This document shows, in pieces, positions 60,553-64,000 of a stretch of DNA of 64,000 nt; positions within the stretch are counted from its first letter, which is position 1; the number at the start of each line of letters is the position of its first letter. A program made the position numbers and the translations under genes. Origin of the DNA: Podarcis muralis (taxonomy: Eukaryota); contig NC_135658.1 in NCBI RefSeq assembly GCF_964188315.1, positions 22,940,001 to 23,004,000 on the forward strand, written 5' to 3'. The notes beneath the pieces were generated by a model. That model did no database searches. It saw only the letters and a list, made by a program, of their open reading frames with translations, and had not been told where the DNA came from.

Positions 60553-61861
60553 AGCAGCACATGAAACACTAATACATGGCACATCATAGGTTAAAAAAAT
60601 TAGAAGCCAACTAGCCAACAGTAATGGATAAAATGTAAACTTTTCAAATCAGCATAGAATGCTGTCTTTAAAAAAAAATCATAAAAAATAACCACAGATT
60701 AAGGTCTAGTACATTTAACATTAGCAATTTCTATGTGAACCATGCCAGGGGAAAAAATAATAATATGCCAACTGAAACTGATAAATGTGCCAAAGAAATG
60801 CATTAGAAAATCGCTGGCGCTTGAAGGTTCTAATCTTGTCCATCTCCTTCAGCACAGCATGCTTAGATCTGGATTATGCAAAGCTCCCTCTTTAAAAAAA
60901 AATACAAAAAAAAGTCAAATTGCAGGATAACAGCAAAAATGTCTAGGTCTCACTCCTCGTATTAGTTCCTCGTAACAGAAACTTTAATAGTGGCTACTAG
61001 TGAGAGCAGTCCACAAATGCATATATAAAAACCTAAGTGAAATTAATAGATTCGTCTAGTTGTCACTCAAGCCAAAATCAGGCATATTTCCATGTAGATT
61101 GCCTTGGAAATGAATATTAACGTGAAATATAGATGTTAATATTCATTTTCAAGGCAATCTAGATGGAAATACACCTGATTATAGTTTGAGTGACAACATG
61201 AGTGAAATGTGAAAAATTTACTTTTATAATATTAAAGGCTTTCAAATTTATTCAGTCAAGGTGCTTGGGATTGGGCTGTGGCAATGCCCTTTGCAGAAGA
61301 CCAGTCACTTCGGGAGGGTTAGGAGTAATCATTGCCAAAGAAGGTCCTAAGAGTGGCAGACTTGGGGGGGGCGGGAGCGCAACTTTCTCATAGGATAAGG
61401 ATTGCCAAGCTCCTTGGGCCCCCCAACCTATTCTATTGACTGCAAATTAATTTTTTAGTGTGGCAGCACCCATGTGTTTTTAACAGGCATTTTAGCTTAT
61501 TGTTGATTTTAATTATTTTTGAATGTTTTATATATGAATTGTATATCCTCTATTTGACTGAGAAGTTGAGTAGCTTTGGCACACGTAGAGGGGTCCTTTA
61601 CTGAACGTAGAATTAGATACAGTTGAAACCAGACATACTTAAATCATGACTAGCTCTCTACAGTTGTTCTTTAGTTAAAGGTTTGCCATTTTGAAAGAAA
61701 TCTGCCATTCTGGGGAGCTCTGTAAGCCTTCTCATGCATGTCAATGCCCAATCCTACCCCAGCAATGCGACAAAGTGCCCCTGCTCCACAATCCAAACTG
61801 AGATAACACAGGGCACAAATAGCCAACATCAATGTAACTGTACCTAGGTGCTTCCTTCCTT

Positions 61862-61909
<48 letters not shown>

Positions 61910-62039
61910 TGTTAGGGGGTCTGTCTCGGATCACCCAGAGAATGGGATGTAGGCAAAGACTTCATTTGAGACCCCATAGTCTCTCCCCACATGGGACATC
62001 AGCATAAAATGTAACTGTGCACTCAGTAACTGGGCAGTT

Positions 62040-62862
62040 TTTTCAGCTTAAGCAAGCAAATAGTGGTTGTTGCTGTTCTGGAGGGAATCTTCCTTTGCAA
62101 AGGGATCTGCGGTAAAGTAGGAGATTTTTAGTTATTTCAGGAGCTGTTTGACTCATCACTAGCAGTTTAGAAATTGCCCCTGTGCTAGACACTAAGTTTA
62201 AATGGGAAAGCTCAACAGTAGAGATCCCAACATCCTTCAAAGTCACTGTGTAGGGATGGAACACTTGTCTCTGTTTCAAGACCCCAATCAGATATCTTGG
62301 AAGACAACCATGGTTAGCTCCTCATATTTGAGCTCCCTGAAGTTGTGAAGTGTCCTAAAAACTGAGTCCTTCAAGCAGTAACATTCAAAATGGATGGTGG
62401 TACTGCAGGGGAGGTCATCAGAGTGAGATCGCTGGCCCAGGGCTCTATGTGCCCTTTCAAAATCGTCAAAGGAGAAAGAAATGTTCAGATCCAAGCCATT
62501 AAACCTGTAAAAAGATGGCCATGTCTGCCTTTACTTTTCCTCTGGGATGTGCCACTCAAAAAATCTTCCTAATCTCATGGTTTGAATATTCCTCAAGCTT
62601 CAGTAGCAGCGGTCACCATTTTTAATAGCGCAAGCTCAGTCTGATTACCTATCACTAAGGTCATACCCTCACTACCAGTTTTTGTAATGCCTGCCAACTG
62701 AGTGATGAGTATCTGGAGTTCAGCCATCCAGTCACCCTGAAGAGCTTCCCTCATTTTAGCAACGTACTTGTTCTCGGTCAGAGCATTACTCAATTTCATG
62801 CCTCACAGTACCATAGAAGTGCCGTGCACCATTTTGACAGCTTCCCCTCAACTGCCATCTTG
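62040..62862 (-). mobile_element. Degenerate L1 5' end and ORF1 (L1 ORF1p/Transposase_22-like)
   Basis: 5' tccaagatggcag. Broken ORFs contain FERAHRALG, ...LKYEELTMVVFQDI and KQRQVFHPY...LKDVGI, matching the recalled L1 ORF1p RRM/CTD pattern. Confidence 0.7.
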
Positions 62863-62969
62863 GAGATATTGTTGTCAGTTTCGGACTCTATATCGAGTCT
62901 TAGCAATCTTCCATGAGATTCTCAGGTCTGTTGAAGCATCACCTTAGTAAGCTTATATCATTATTTCTC

Positions 62970-63011
<42 letters not shown>

Positions 63012-64000
63012 AATTTCTATACTGCCCGTTATCCGAGGATCACAGGGTGGTTTACAATATAGAAATACGAAAATACATAGCATAGAAAAGCAGAGGATAG
63101 TTTCAGAAAGTCACTGCCCAGTGTGTTAAAGGCCCAGCAGCCTTCAGAAACCTGAAATCAGGCTGGATTCATGTATGAGCCATACCCCTAATCACAACTA
63201 CTATTGCCTCACACACAACTTTTCATGAAAGCCTGTCACAAAACAACTCCTGTCTGGATGCCTGACGTGCTAACTTTTCTAAATGTTGCTTGTCTGCTTT
63301 GAACAGAATTGCCTAAATACGGTTCTGTCATTTGTAATGAGGTAATAGGCCTTAAAATTACTTGTGTGTCATCTCATTGCTTCTACATCTGATCCTCTCA
63401 CTAAATTGCTTCCATTATCACAGCATTCTTTCTGTTAGAGCCTATTCTGTATAGAAATCAGTTTCCCAGAATATTTACAAGGTAATTCCTGAGGTGGCAG
63501 GTGGGAGTTTAAAATGAGTTTGGGATGGTTCCAGTCTTCAGCACTCAACCTCTGGTGGGGGTGGTGGACTCTTAGGGGTCAAATATGGCCTACAAGTTGT
63601 AGGTTAGCCGCCACTGCTATAGAGTCTTCGCTGATAAGATCACGAAGGTGCTGAGACATAGTAATCTCACAATGTAGAAATATTCATCGTCCTATTAACT
63701 ATCCATGAGTACATACCCTCCAACATTTCTCCGATGAAAATGGGGACTCCTCTTCAACAACAATTTTATTGTTTATACTCCACTAATCTGACTTGGTTGC
63801 CCCAGCCACTCCGAGTGGCTTCCAACATATATAAAACCATAAAATAAAACATTAACAAACTTCCCTATACAGGGCTGCCTTCCGGTGTCTTCTAGAGGTT
63901 GTATAGTTACTTATCTCCTTAGCTGGGGGGTTGCATAACTCCATGCCCTCCAACATTTCTCTGATGAAGATAGGGACGTCCTAAGGAAAAGCGAGGTATT

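Overview
Vertebrate genomic DNA from a squamate reptile. The Sauria SINE sequence type, BovB LINEs and hAT/Tigger MITE content suggest a lacertid lizard (inference). About 5.7-53.3 kb is a tandem cluster of vitelline membrane outer layer protein 1 (VMO1)-like beta-prism genes, each with three coding exons (intron phases 0 and 2). There are five complete reading frames: A 5729-7629(-), B 22918-26849(-), D 36116-39503(-), E 43030/43051-45328(+) and F 49801-53320(-). A broken locus supplies an orphan exon 3 (29027-29318) and an orphan exon 1 (30916-31086). D and F lie in a roughly 8.5/11 kb segmental duplication, and E is inverted behind a fold-back inverted repeat. The paralogs are diversifying. 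A has lost all three DDTA(L/A)N motifs, is cationic, and appears to use a distal TATA promoter with a non-coding exon. D and F differ mainly in the three loops preceding those motifs. E has lost one cysteine pair and its ancestral ATG. The rest is transposon-rich: a nested near-full-length BovB, L1/Tx1 pieces including two internally deleted copies with TSDs, solo-LTR-like elements, SINEs and MITEs. All coordinates, alignments and counts were done by eye, without tools.
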